Source: Hyaloraphidium curvatum SAG 235-1
Taxonomy: Eukaryota; Fungi; Monoblepharomycota
Direction: 5' to 3'
Length of the DNA: 64,000 bases
Assembly: GCA_025558095.1 (NCBI GenBank)
Contig: JAIVFI010000021.1
Location: 310,001 to 374,000 of the forward strand
In this document: positions 50,628 through 60,908 of the stretch, one piece after another
Layout of the letters: every line of letters begins with the position of its first letter
Numbering within the stretch: position 1 is the first letter of the stretch
The notes under the pieces: generated by a model
Seen by the model: the letters and a program-made list of their open reading frames with translations, nothing else
The model's database searches: none
What the model was told of the DNA's origin: nothing
Program-made: the position numbers and the translations under genes

Positions 50628-51455
50628 ATGCGTCCGCAGGCATCTGACAAGCACTCTCCGGGGAGTCCGCCGGATCCGTCCCCTGCCGTGCGTCCGCAAC
50701 CCCCCGCGGCCCAAACCTCGGCGGACACTCTGCTCGGGTCGCCCCCGGCCGACGGCCTGCCCACCCCCCCCGCCCCCGGTGTGCATCCCGCCCACCCACC
50801 ATACCCCGGCCCACCCCTCCCCCTGCACGACGGGATCAAAATCGGCGCGGCGCTCATCGCGGAACTGTTCGGCTGCGGGTCGTCGCCACCTTCCCCTCCC
50901 CCCTCGCCATCCGGTGCGCAGCCATCCCCGGGCCGCGCCGATGCCATGCCCCCCCTGGACGCTTTTATGGCCCGCATCATTGCCCGCACGCGCATCGACC
51001 CCGACACCGTGTGCCTGGCGCTGCTCTACTGCCGCCGGCTCAAGGACAAGCATCCGCAATGCAGGGGCTCGCACGGGACCGGGCACCGCCTGTTCCTGGC
51101 GGCCATCCTCACGGCATGCAAAGTCCTGCACGATGATGCATACGAGAACGCGGCGTGGGCAAAGGCCACAGCGGGCCTCTTTTCCAACGCGCAGGTCAAC
51201 GAGATCGAGTACGAGTTCCTCTACTACCTGGACTGGCAGCTGCACGTCGCCGCGGAGCAGTGGGAGGCGCATCTTGGAATGCTGAGCAAACGATCCGGTG
51301 CATCCCTCACGGACTCCAGGCTTGGTGGCGAATGCGCATCCGATCCAGCCCGGTCTTCCGCAAATCAAACTCTGACGAAAGGGACGAATGCGGTGCGGGA
51401 GAAGGGTCGCGTCGCCCGACGACAGCACGGCCGCCAGTTCCAGCCGGCCATGTAG
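50628..51455 (+). CDS. Pho85-type (PCL/Pho80 family) cyclin
   Basis: MPPLDAFMARII..LALLYCRRLK..HRLFLAAILTACKVLHDDAYENAAWA..VNEIEYEFLYYLDWQL. Confidence 0.88.
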   Translation: MRPQASDKHSPGSPPDPSPAVRPQPPAAQTSADTLLGSPPADGLPTPPAPGVHPAHPPYPGPPLPLHDGIKIGAALIAELFGCGSSPPSPPPSPSGAQPSPGRADAMPPLDAFMARIIARTRIDPDTVCLALLYCRRLKDKHPQCRGSHGTGHRLFLAAILTACKVLHDDAYENAAWAKATAGLFSNAQVNEIEYEFLYYLDWQLHVAAEQWEAHLGMLSKRSGASLTDSRLGGECASDPARSSANQTLTKGTNAVREKGRVARRQHGRQFQPAM

Positions 51456-52334
51456 CATTCGCAGAGAGGTGTTGTATTGCAGACCGCGGATCCCGTTCCA
51501 GCCTCTCGTCATCGCCCCCGATCGCGCCCACCCCGTTGGTCCTTCCACGAAAACATGGACGCGCTGCATCTTCTATATCACCTGGAACCGCCTGGTGCTC
51601 ACATCAGTTACCACCCCTGCGCCGTCCGCAGCGTTGTTCATCGGCGGTTTCGGGCGCGTGCGTTCCGACGCCGCTGCGAGGCTCCGCAAGACAAGGAGAT
51701 CGAGAAGCCATGCTCCTATCCACCGATCTTGTCACCGGCAACGTGGAATTACACCGCATTCCGTGATCCGCAAGCATGAGCAGCGAAAGGCGCACGCCGT
51801 GCCATTGCGGAGCGCTACCTTTTCGGGCGCGCTTCGTGCGATGTACATGTCCACCAGCGCAAGAGGTTGCGTGACGGTTGGGTCTAGTAGGATATACATC
51901 GTGCCCAGCATCTGGGAGACCCTCCACTTCAGCTTGATTCTCTGGCAGAAGATAGCTCTGGGATCAAGTTGTCTGGCTGACGAATGAGCGAGCGTCCCAA
52001 CATTAGTCCTTCAGATGCCAGTCAGATTCGTTGACTCGGTCCGCTCGTCTGGTCGAAAGACGGGCCTACCCCTCTCGAAGAGGCGGAGCCGGTTGTAAAC
52101 TGTCATCGCGTATCTGACTTCTTCGGGCTCTTGGCCTTTATTTGTCGCCCTCTGCTGGCCAGATTTTCTACCGTACAGTGTACAGTAGTTGGCAAGTCCA
52201 TACTCCGCGGCGGTTGACTATGCCCTGCGCTTGACTGCTTTCGTCCCGACCCGCGCACCGGCCTCAGGCCCTTACAACCCCAGTGTCGCATGTGAGCTTG
52301 CCTATAATCTAGAGCACCTTGTGTCAGTTCCGGA

Positions 52335-53303
52335 ATGCGGCTCTTTGGTGTTCCATCATGGACAATAGGTTTTGCGACTGTACTCGGCGTGGGCATCTTC
52401 GCGCTGCTGCACGCGGGACGGTCGCCCGAAACCGAGTCGTTTCGCCTAGCGCAATACGCTGCAGCCCCGTTTGCGTTCCCGCAGCTTTATCAGTGCCCCT
52501 CTGCCCCGCTGCCCGGACCATACAAGACCATGAATTCCCAGGCGAAAGAGGACGTCTTTCTGTGGGACAACTATTTCTCAAAAGTTCTACCTGCGAATTA
52601 CGAGGGCACTTTTGTCGAAATTGGAGCCCTTGACGGATTCAGGTATGCGAACACTTTGTTCTACGAGCACTACCTGAAGTGGCGAGGTCTGTTGTTTGAA
52701 GCTTTTCCACCAAGCACTCTAGCTTTTCAAGCAAGAAAGGCTGAACGCCCTCGTTCCCACTACTTTGCAATGAGCATCTGTGGAGTTGAGCCTCGCTGGG
52801 ATGGCAAGAAGCATACCATCAAGTTTCTGAATCAAAGTTATCACCCGGCAGTGGCAACGGCGCTCGAAGAGGGCTACAGCTCCAAAAAGTTCCTCGATTC
52901 CTGGCATGCGGATCGGGACAAAAGAACCAGCGTTTCCGTTGGATGCTTGCCCATGCAACCAGTATTGGAAATGACTGGAATTCTCGATATTGACTTATTC
53001 TCGCTCGATGTCGAAGGGGGAGAGTTGATGATAATTCGGACTATCGACTTCGCCATCACAAACATTCGAGTCATTGTCGTGGAAGCAGACGGGCATGATC
53101 CCAGCAAGGATGCGGCAGTGGGCAGATTCTTGTTGGACGCAGGTTTTGAAAGGGCCTTTCAAAACTATCGCAATCAGACGGGCAGTATGGACAATGACTT
53201 TTACATCAACCACCGATTTGATGAGATTCGACAGGCTAGGCGTGGAAAGTGGTCTTCTACTCAACACAGGTTCATCAGTGGGACTGGTTCGGTTTGCCCC
53301 TAA
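52335..53303 (+). CDS. FkbM/Methyltransf_21-family SAM methyltransferase with N-terminal signal anchor, intronless
   Basis: SQAKED, GTFVEIGALDGFRYANTLFYEHYLKWRGLLFEA, IDLFSLDVEGGEL, VIVVE; TM WTIGFATVLGVGIFALL. Confidence 0.88.
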   Translation: MRLFGVPSWTIGFATVLGVGIFALLHAGRSPETESFRLAQYAAAPFAFPQLYQCPSAPLPGPYKTMNSQAKEDVFLWDNYFSKVLPANYEGTFVEIGALDGFRYANTLFYEHYLKWRGLLFEAFPPSTLAFQARKAERPRSHYFAMSICGVEPRWDGKKHTIKFLNQSYHPAVATALEEGYSSKKFLDSWHADRDKRTSVSVGCLPMQPVLEMTGILDIDLFSLDVEGGELMIIRTIDFAITNIRVIVVEADGHDPSKDAAVGRFLLDAGFERAFQNYRNQTGSMDNDFYINHRFDEIRQARRGKWSSTQHRFISGTGSVCP

Positions 53304-53945
53304 GTCCCTAAGTCGTTCCGGATCGTGCTTTGCGGGCCCATTGCCTACAGTCTCTTCATGAGGACAGAGCCGTCACGACTAGAGCGGGACCAACCAGGAC
53401 TGAAGCATAAGCTAGCATTCTCTCTTGCCACACAAAACTTACAGCGTGAGGAGAGGAAAGCCAAAGAGAAGGCTAGCGAGGCAGCTATTTCCAATGACGG
53501 CTGGCCGAGATATGTAGATCGTGTCACGACGGGGCGCGGAAGCTCCGTGTAGACCTGTGTTGACGACGTTGAGGAGTCACTACACAGCGCTCCCCCTAGT
53601 CGTCCCTCGCCGGGGATCGCCGTCCCCCTTGCCCCGGCGCCGGCGCGTTACAGATCGCTGACGATGCAGTCCACTACCATCCGCCTTAAAATTAAAGTCC
53701 AAGAGACCAGCGCACCTTTTTGCGGCCTCAATAGAGCCGGAAGGTTTGCGTTTGCTTTCGGACGCGCTTGCTCTAGAGCATGCAGGCGGACATGCGCGAT
53801 GCTATTCCGTCGACACGGTTCTTGCGTCCCAAGCATTGTGTAATAAAAGCAAGGCGCATGCCACGCGAACCGACCGTTTGGCAAGATTTTTCTGGTTAAC
53901 GACCACGGACGCGAACGGCATTACTGAGCGAGGGCCAACCGCGAC

Positions 53946-54959
53946 ATGCTTGGTCGCGCGCACGCATCGGCAGCGGGAGCAGCAGCTCTTTTCCTGTTTC
54001 TCCTTCTCACGTGGAGGAAACAAGAGCCCGTTCGCGGTGGACGCTGCGGTCTGCAGAGCACGCGCATTAGCAACTCGACTTACGTGCAGCTCGGGCTCCA
54101 CAACGTGCCAGCTCAACCGGGATTCAGCCTTGTGGACGCCTGGGTTTTGAAATCCGAGGCAGCGCGATACTCTTCGCCGCCACGGGAGATCCCACCTGTG
54201 CTTCTGGATGACTTTACAATGCAGGGAAGGATTCCCGTAAGCTATACCTATTACGACAACGCGTACCTGGGCGGGAAGGCCCTCGTCTGGAACTGGACGC
54301 GAGAAGTGGTGGAGACATACCTGAAGGAAGCGCGGGCCCGGACCTCAAAAGGCTTCAACTACCCCATGAGCGAAATATACCAGGCGTTGGATCTGCACGC
54401 CAGCGGTTTCGTCGCTGGGAAGCGCGGCGTGGTGATCGGCTCTGAAAACCCGTGGGCGGAGGCGGTCTTGCTCGAGTACGGCGCTACACACGTGACAACT
54501 ATCGAGTTCGGCAAGATCGTCAGTGAACACCCCCAGCTGTCGACGTACACCGCGACAGAGTTCACGGCGGCCTTTCTAACGGGGTCGATTGAACCGTTCG
54601 ACTTCGCATTCACTTTCTCCAGCTTAGAACACGACGGCTTGGGACGCTACGGAGATAGCATTAACCCTCGCGGGGACTTCTATTCGGTCTCCCGCCTTCT
54701 CTCTGTGGTTCGGCCCGGCGGTGCTCTCTTCCTCGGCGTGCCGTGCTGCTACGATGCTCTCAACTGGAACGGACACCGTGTATACGGCTCCATCAGACTT
54801 GCGCAGTTGTTTGCTGGATGGTTTCCTGTGGATGTCATCGGCAAGTATCCGACAACAAGTGGCGACTATGGTCAGCCCCTTTGGTTTCTCCAAAATCGCT
54901 ACGCGTGTGAGGAAGGAAACAGCGCAATCAAGATGCCTGGTATCTTGAAGGGACTCTGA
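53946..54959 (+). CDS. DUF268-family putative SAM methyltransferase with N-terminal anchor, intronless
   Basis: VVIGSENPWAEAVLLEYGA..TTIEF, FDFAFTFSSLEHDGLGRYGDSINPRGD, RPGGALFLGVP..DALNWNGHRVYGSIRL..LFAGW. Confidence 0.87.
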   Translation: MLGRAHASAAGAAALFLFLLLTWRKQEPVRGGRCGLQSTRISNSTYVQLGLHNVPAQPGFSLVDAWVLKSEAARYSSPPREIPPVLLDDFTMQGRIPVSYTYYDNAYLGGKALVWNWTREVVETYLKEARARTSKGFNYPMSEIYQALDLHASGFVAGKRGVVIGSENPWAEAVLLEYGATHVTTIEFGKIVSEHPQLSTYTATEFTAAFLTGSIEPFDFAFTFSSLEHDGLGRYGDSINPRGDFYSVSRLLSVVRPGGALFLGVPCCYDALNWNGHRVYGSIRLAQLFAGWFPVDVIGKYPTTSGDYGQPLWFLQNRYACEEGNSAIKMPGILKGL

Positions 54960-55208
54960 GATGACGTCGGCATTTGTGTGGAGCATTTTGCCACCAGCTT
55001 CGACCCAGGAAGATTCTGTGCTGGAATTCCTGCCATTAACCGCCGTTTTAATCTTGGATGCCAAGGGAGCCGGGAGGCAACTCGTGTTGATGGCGAAGGC
55101 GAAACGCCATCCTTGCAGGTTCACCTCATCTGCGCAATGTGTTCTCGGTCTTCTCGGCCCGAAAAATGCCCGGTGAATCATAGGAGCTACAGTAACATCT
55201 TACACCTA

Positions 55209-56531
55209 TCACCTCGGATTCCTGTGGCGCATGACGCGGTCGACGGAAGCAATGACCCTGGATGCGAGAATGGAGGCGGAGAAAGTTCTTGCAGCGAAGC
55301 GAGAACCGCGTTCCCGAATCGGTTCGTAAGCTTCGTAGTTCTCTAGGATCTGATGGATCTGCTGCACGATGGCATCTGGCTCCTCGCTTTTGAGAAAGAC
55401 GCAATCTTCCATGTCCCTCAAGGGCCCATCAACTGTGCGATCAACTAGCAGAAGACCCCCGCTGCCCAAGATCTCGGTGTTTCGCGCGTTTGCGTACCAG
55501 CCACCGTACCCGTCCACGACATGGAAGTTGAGGCTGATCTTTGCGCTGGACCAGACTTTCCGGTTATCCTCGTACCTTATCCTACCCTTATAGAACTCTG
55601 GAAAGGGCGTCCCAACCTGGTCCGAGCCATAGATTGCCAGCCTCAGTCCAGTTTTGCGCGAGTCCTCCACGAGTGCATGGAATATGAGCGTCCTGTTTCG
55701 TGGAAAGCCGCGCTCGCTGTAGGAACGGCTCGCTACGAAGGCGACGTCCGCGAGATACTCCGGATCCGGATCGTTGTAGTGGGTCGAGTCGATCATGGGG
55801 ACAAAGGCGTGGGCTTCTGTTGCGCCGGCGAGCAGATAGGTGGGGAGGGCAGCACTGCCACTGCTGAACACGATGTCAAACACGTCCTTAATGGCGTGCA
55901 TATTGCCGGCCGAGAAGAGCGAGAAGGGATCGTCCCAGTTGATGAGCACCCAGATTTGCCCGGGATAGACCGTCCGTGCGGCAAGCAGCTTCGCAGGGTC
56001 GTGGGACCAATGCCACCAAATCACAACGTCGATGCTTTTCAGCTCCTCTGTGAAGTCAAGCGCCTTTCCCGCCAGCTGCCGGCTCAGGGAGCCAAAAGTC
56101 GTCACGTTTGCGCCTGCGAGTGCCACGAACGCATCTGCAAAGGTCCGCAGTGGCTCCACCAAGTTGTCCCACCATCCGACGAGTGCTACGCGCTTGCCGC
56201 GCAACAGCATGGAGGGCTCTGCCTCGCGACTGTGGAAGTAACGAGGGTCCCAGCGCTCGGCAGCAGATTCACTGTCGTCTGCGGTGAAGGCAACCCTGGC
56301 GAGAGGTCTCCGGGTTGTATCATTTAGCATGGGGGCATCTGCAGGTTCCAGGGACGCGAACTGCCTGCCGAATGCGGCATTCGGCGTGGGCATGCGCCCG
56401 TCAACAGGGGCATGGCTCCCAAATCCTCCCCCATTCCAAAGAATCGCCACGACAAAGCCCAGGGCAAAAGGGAGGATTGTTACGACGGGGAAACCCTTGA
56501 GATGCAGGGATGGAGAAAGGGAAAGAGCCAT
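55209..56531 (-). CDS. GT-B glycosyltransferase (Glyco_trans_1_2, CgeB/YkvP-like) with N-terminal anchor, intronless
   Basis: NWDDP, DVAFVAS, LAIYGS, SSAKISLNFH..YANARNTEILGSGGLLLVD, IRERG; TM VVTILPFALGFVVAILW. Confidence 0.8.
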   Translation of the reverse strand: MALSLSPSLHLKGFPVVTILPFALGFVVAILWNGGGFGSHAPVDGRMPTPNAAFGRQFASLEPADAPMLNDTTRRPLARVAFTADDSESAAERWDPRYFHSREAEPSMLLRGKRVALVGWWDNLVEPLRTFADAFVALAGANVTTFGSLSRQLAGKALDFTEELKSIDVVIWWHWSHDPAKLLAARTVYPGQIWVLINWDDPFSLFSAGNMHAIKDVFDIVFSSGSAALPTYLLAGATEAHAFVPMIDSTHYNDPDPEYLADVAFVASRSYSERGFPRNRTLIFHALVEDSRKTGLRLAIYGSDQVGTPFPEFYKGRIRYEDNRKVWSSAKISLNFHVVDGYGGWYANARNTEILGSGGLLLVDRTVDGPLRDMEDCVFLKSEEPDAIVQQIHQILENYEAYEPIRERGSRFAARTFSASILASRVIASVDRVMRHRNPR

Positions 56532-56711
56532 AACCAGCGGTCTTCATCGGCATCGGAGTGAACGAGGCATGACGGACGGTTAGCGGCGCGTGATCGTCAA
56601 CAACCGGTTATTACGACTCTATCGAAGCCTGTAGATCGTCTTGCAGCGATAAGACGGAACTCTATTGTCGCCACCACCTCGTTTACAAGCAGGGAGCGGC
56701 CTTACCTGGAT

Positions 56712-58325
56712 TCAAATGCCACATCCCGCAAAAATCATGCGTCTTGTTAGTTCGTCCATCACCCCTTGCAGGCTTCCCAGGTGGGCGTTGTCGGCGGAGG
56801 CATCCACTAGAGGGAGAGCGAGGTCGTACATTGACACCATAGAGAAAGCATTTGGTAGCTTTGCAAGAGCTCGGTCGATCACTCCCTGGTACAGACGAAG
56901 TCTGTGGTTTGTTCGCCAATCCCCGTACCAATGGACCCATTCATCATTTCGAATGCAGAGTGGAACTGTTTCCATCCATACTGGGCTGACTACTGAACGT
57001 GCCAGCTCCGTAAAGTTTATCTGAACAGCCTCTTGGTACTGTGCGACTGGAGTCCGGGCTCCTGCCGCATAGTGCTGTCCAAAATTGACAGCCACAAAAC
57101 TTGCGTTCGTGTTGTTCAAAGACAAACGCGTCCCAAAGTTATCGGGCTCGTAACAGAGGTGAAACCCGGGACAAGATGGGTTCTCCCTGCAGACTCGCGT
57201 TTCCGTCGGTGCCGTTGCATGTCTCACATGGCACAGTCTCGAAAATAGGCGATCAAACAAGGTTCTTGTGTGGGAGTCGCCTTGTAGTATCCACGTCTTG
57301 TTGGAAACACAGCGAGATAGTGTTTCGGCGTCCAGGGCTCTCCAACGGCAAGAATAAGGGACCCACGTCAGATCCGCGTGAAGATTCGTGTAGTAGCGTA
57401 ATCCAGGACCATATGGCCATTGGCGGGGCAAATATGGTGCTTCCTGGGCCGCAAACATTCCCTTGGTTGAATGTCGTCGAATCCAGCGGCCTAATGGCGA
57501 TGGATTCAAACACTCTGTTGCCAAAGAATGGTGGAGCATCCTTTGCCTGACTTCATCTGTTGCATCTGTGTCACCCAAACCTACAAACAAATGATTGCCA
57601 AGGACGTTATCCAAAGTGAGTCTCGGGTATCCTTGAATTGTTTCGTTTATCGCCCTCCATTCCGAGCGGATTACCGTTGCACGTATGCGAAATTTACCTG
57701 GAATTGTTGCCCGGAATGGGAACACGTACACACAGCTTCCCAAGTGTCTTCCCTTAAGCTGAAGGAATTCGGGTCCCTCCAAAAGGATTTCAATGTCATC
57801 GGGACCCAGGTTTTGAGCATCCTGGACAACGTCGTGATCGGCCATTGCAAGCGGCGGCTCACTGCAACGCGCCTTTTCAAGCTCAGATGCATCAACCACT
57901 GGCCCTGGTTTTGATCCACATGCGGCAGCCGAAGGGGGACAATTTCGCAGACGTTCCAAGCGAATGTAGCCCTCGCATTTAGTTCCACATTGTTCCCCGT
58001 GGCCCAAGTGCCACTGCGAGGGCCGAGATTTTCGAAAGAAATCTATCGTCGCATCTGTCCACAAATCAGAGGGTAGTCCTGCCAGATCGCCGAAACAGAG
58101 CGTGGAACGCCAATGGAGTGCAACAGGTAGAGGAGAGACGCGAGGCACTGTCCCGTTGGCGTCAAACGGCTCCGAAAAGACGACCGCCCCTGCTGTCGCC
58201 GAAAGGGGCTTGCACTCAAAAGTGGGAGTATTGCGAGGGAGCGCCAGAATCACTAGGTTGGCGGCCAGGAACATCCCGGCAAGCACGTGCAATGGTTTCC
58301 TCGTGCAGGATGATAGGTGTTCCAT
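56712..58325 (-). CDS. SGNH-fold O-acyl esterase/transferase (PC-esterase/NXPE/TBL/Cas1 N-domain-like) with N-terminal anchor, intronless
   Basis: WVPYSC..LSRCVSNKTWILQGDSHTRTLF (GDS nucleophile), VNFGQH, C-terminal DNAH (DxxH); TM LHVLAGMFLAANLVILAL. Confidence 0.8.
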   Translation of the reverse strand: MEHLSSCTRKPLHVLAGMFLAANLVILALPRNTPTFECKPLSATAGAVVFSEPFDANGTVPRVSPLPVALHWRSTLCFGDLAGLPSDLWTDATIDFFRKSRPSQWHLGHGEQCGTKCEGYIRLERLRNCPPSAAACGSKPGPVVDASELEKARCSEPPLAMADHDVVQDAQNLGPDDIEILLEGPEFLQLKGRHLGSCVYVFPFRATIPGKFRIRATVIRSEWRAINETIQGYPRLTLDNVLGNHLFVGLGDTDATDEVRQRMLHHSLATECLNPSPLGRWIRRHSTKGMFAAQEAPYLPRQWPYGPGLRYYTNLHADLTWVPYSCRWRALDAETLSRCVSNKTWILQGDSHTRTLFDRLFSRLCHVRHATAPTETRVCRENPSCPGFHLCYEPDNFGTRLSLNNTNASFVAVNFGQHYAAGARTPVAQYQEAVQINFTELARSVVSPVWMETVPLCIRNDEWVHWYGDWRTNHRLRLYQGVIDRALAKLPNAFSMVSMYDLALPLVDASADNAHLGSLQGVMDELTRRMIFAGCGI

Positions 58326-58467
58326 GAATCCTTTGATTGCGGGTGCTGGTTGACACGTCCGCTCCGGCTGGCGATGACGGGGATGTCCGCAACTCAGAAT
58401 GTAGTAGGCATAGGGCAAACGCTTGGACAACATCCTTTACAGGCGGCGACACTCCATCTCCCCCTCA

Positions 58468-59850
58468 ATGGCATGGCTAAACGATTTGGCACATAGAATA
58501 CGGACATCGTGGCGACTGGGCGGCCTGGCATTTTTCGCAGGACTTCTTTGTGCTCGGCTCCTCATAGGAAGTTCGGACGCGCCCTTTCCAACTCCAAAGT
58601 TGTGCCGGGCGGCTTTGACCGAATTCGAGGAATGTTTACTGCGAGAACGAAATGAATCGAGCATTGAAGCCCTGTTGCCCCCTCCGCCGGTTCTGAAAGC
58701 AGGAGGAGCTTCGAAAGCCGACATTGAGACCATTGTCTCGCACATCCTGGCGTACTCCAAAGCGATGCGCAGCCTTGAATCAGGCTCGCATGCCTGTCGT
58801 CAACGGACATTGCTCTATAGGTGCACTGAGGAGGGCTGCGGGGGCCTAGGGGATCGCATCCGAGGCATGATCCTTGTCTTCTACTGGGCTCTCCTAAGCG
58901 GTTCACGATTTGGGCTTTCGTTTGAGTTCCCTGTCAGCCTCTCAGCGTATTTCGAGGCTCCGTTTCCCGAATCTCTTCCTTTGTTCGGGGTGTCTCCAAA
59001 CTCTACAGACGAGAAGCATCTCAATTTCATCTACCATTTTCCAAGTTTCGGATCGCGTGGTCTGAACCAATTACTGGGCAACGAAGCCGTTGTGGATGTC
59101 GTGACAAATGGCCAGGTGTGGCGCCACCTGCTGGAGAATGCTGAGTACGAAGGAAGGGGTCGGGCATTCTTCCCGTACTTGTATTCACTCAACAAGCTGC
59201 AAATGGCGCACGTGGCGCTGATCCTCTTGGTCAGCAAACCGACGCAGTACTTGCAATCCGCCGTCAATCAATATTTGGGGCGCCGTGCAAGCTCTGGTTC
59301 AACAGCAAAAGTTGGCCTCCAGCTTCGGCACGGAGATCATGCGATACTCCCTGAACAAGCTGCGTTCTGGAACGCGACGCAGGTCTCCAGGAGGCGTCTA
59401 GTGAAGCGAGTAGGCGACGCGTCACTTTCCTGCTTTGCAAAAAAGGCCGCCTCCATTTGCTTAGAGCTAACCGACAAGAAATCGTGCTCCTTCTTCATTA
59501 CCAGCGACAGCAAGCGCGCTTTTTCTTTTCTGCAGCACAGACTTGCTACTCTGCTTGAGGGCAAGAAACAACACTCGGTCTTCCAGACGGATGGACATGC
59601 TGTTCACATTGACAAGCCGCCAAAATCAAGCTTAGCCGCTCAAGATCGGCGCATTGTGTTCTTGAAGTCCTTCGTTGACTGGACGCTGTTGTCCCGTATG
59701 GATGTGCTTCTGATAAGCCCCAGCGGTTTTGGCAAAACTCCGGCTTGGTTGTCCTATGTGGAGACCTACATGATCGATGCCACTCCGGCAGGACAGGAGA
59801 ACTGCGTCTGGCACAGTTACTTTGAGCACGTGCAAGGTGATGCATGGTAA
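58468..59850 (+). CDS. Fucosyltransferase of the alpha-1,2/alpha-1,6 superfamily (GT11/GT23/GT37/NodZ-like) with N-terminal anchor, intronless
   Basis: GGLGDRIRG, motif I VGLQLRHGD, motif II FFITSDS, HID, motif III DWTLLSRMDVLLISPSGFG; TM LGGLAFFAGLLCARLLI. Confidence 0.85.
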   Translation: MAWLNDLAHRIRTSWRLGGLAFFAGLLCARLLIGSSDAPFPTPKLCRAALTEFEECLLRERNESSIEALLPPPPVLKAGGASKADIETIVSHILAYSKAMRSLESGSHACRQRTLLYRCTEEGCGGLGDRIRGMILVFYWALLSGSRFGLSFEFPVSLSAYFEAPFPESLPLFGVSPNSTDEKHLNFIYHFPSFGSRGLNQLLGNEAVVDVVTNGQVWRHLLENAEYEGRGRAFFPYLYSLNKLQMAHVALILLVSKPTQYLQSAVNQYLGRRASSGSTAKVGLQLRHGDHAILPEQAAFWNATQVSRRRLVKRVGDASLSCFAKKAASICLELTDKKSCSFFITSDSKRAFSFLQHRLATLLEGKKQHSVFQTDGHAVHIDKPPKSSLAAQDRRIVFLKSFVDWTLLSRMDVLLISPSGFGKTPAWLSYVETYMIDATPAGQENCVWHSYFEHVQGDAW

Positions 59851-59854
59851 AACA

Positions 59855-60908
59855 TCATTGCAATAGTTCAGCAATACGAATAGCGCGACACCAGCGCCGC
59901 CGTCGTGGGCCCTTAATGCAACGTATTCCACGCACCCCGCATCGTTCGTTATTTTCCCGATGAGCCAACACGTAGCCGATGTCCACAAGTTGGCGATAAG
60001 AGTGTTTGAGATGTGCTGCAGACAGCGTCCTGTTCTCGCACGGGACTCCGATTCCCCTGTTCTGTTCAGGAGGACAAATTCTGAGTTGACCGGAGCGGAT
60101 CCCGTCAAGACCGACTCATTGTTGAGAAATGCAATTCGAAAAGAACTTGGAAAGGAAGGATAACTGGGCCAGGTGCATGCCCTCCAGCGACGGCCAAAAT
60201 CTGTTTCGCCCACGATTCGACGAGGGCATATTCGTGTCCCTCAATGTCGATCTTGAGCAGATCGATTTTCGAATGGCCAAGTCTTTGCGCTATCACGGCG
60301 AGCGATTCGAATGGCCCGAATTGTCCCTCTTTCCCTTGGGCGACGTCCTTCTCCGTCCCCAAACAAGACAAGAGGTACTTCACACGGGGCTTGTCGCGGG
60401 GAGCGAATCGTGCGGGATCAACCGTGCAGTCCAAAGTCACAATCTCGCACGGAGTATGCTTCAGTATGTCCATCTCAAAGTCCGTGTTTGCGTTGCTGCT
60501 GACGCTGTAGACGACGCAACCGCTCTGAAGAGCGTGCGGCTCGCAAACCCATTTGGCGCCGTCCGAATAGGTGCCCGCCGTCCCGCCGAAATAGCTCTTT
60601 TCGGGGCGTTTGTGGATTATGGGGTTGACGTTGAAACGCACGTGAGAGTACGAAGGCTCTCCCAAGGATTCGTTCAAGGGGCACGATTCCAGCGCGCGAA
60701 CGAAGCCGTCGAGCATATAATCAATAGAAGTCCCGCGGACTGAATCGAAGGTTGATTTGGTCCAGCTCCCGAGATACGGGTTGGCGACGCAATCTGACGC
60801 CGTGGTGACAGAGACGAAGGGTGGACTACGTGAGTCGGAGCACAACGCGAAGATGTCACTCCCAGCACAACTGCCCTGCTCTCCGGTGCCATTTGCAGTT
60901 AGACCAGG
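59855..60908 (-). CDS. Methyltransf_22 (METTL24-like) methyltransferase; 5' and 3' ends unresolved, possibly degraded
   Basis: DGAKWVC, CVVYSVSSNANTDFE, CEIVTLD, LGHSKIDLLKIDIEGHEY, QVLFELH; C-terminal motifs GYVLAHRENN and CVEYVALR lie in two other frames; no in-frame ATG upstream. Confidence 0.7.

Noticed and set aside
51456-52334. Possible remnant gene at the left edge of the glycan cluster (LALVDMYIARSA resembles a FUT motif)
   Set aside because: A single weak motif with no supporting ORF.
53596-53647. GC-rich inverted repeat CGCCGGGG...CCCCGGCG as a Helitron end or terminator
   Set aside because: An 8-bp stem is expected by chance at this GC content, and no downstream CTRR end is present.
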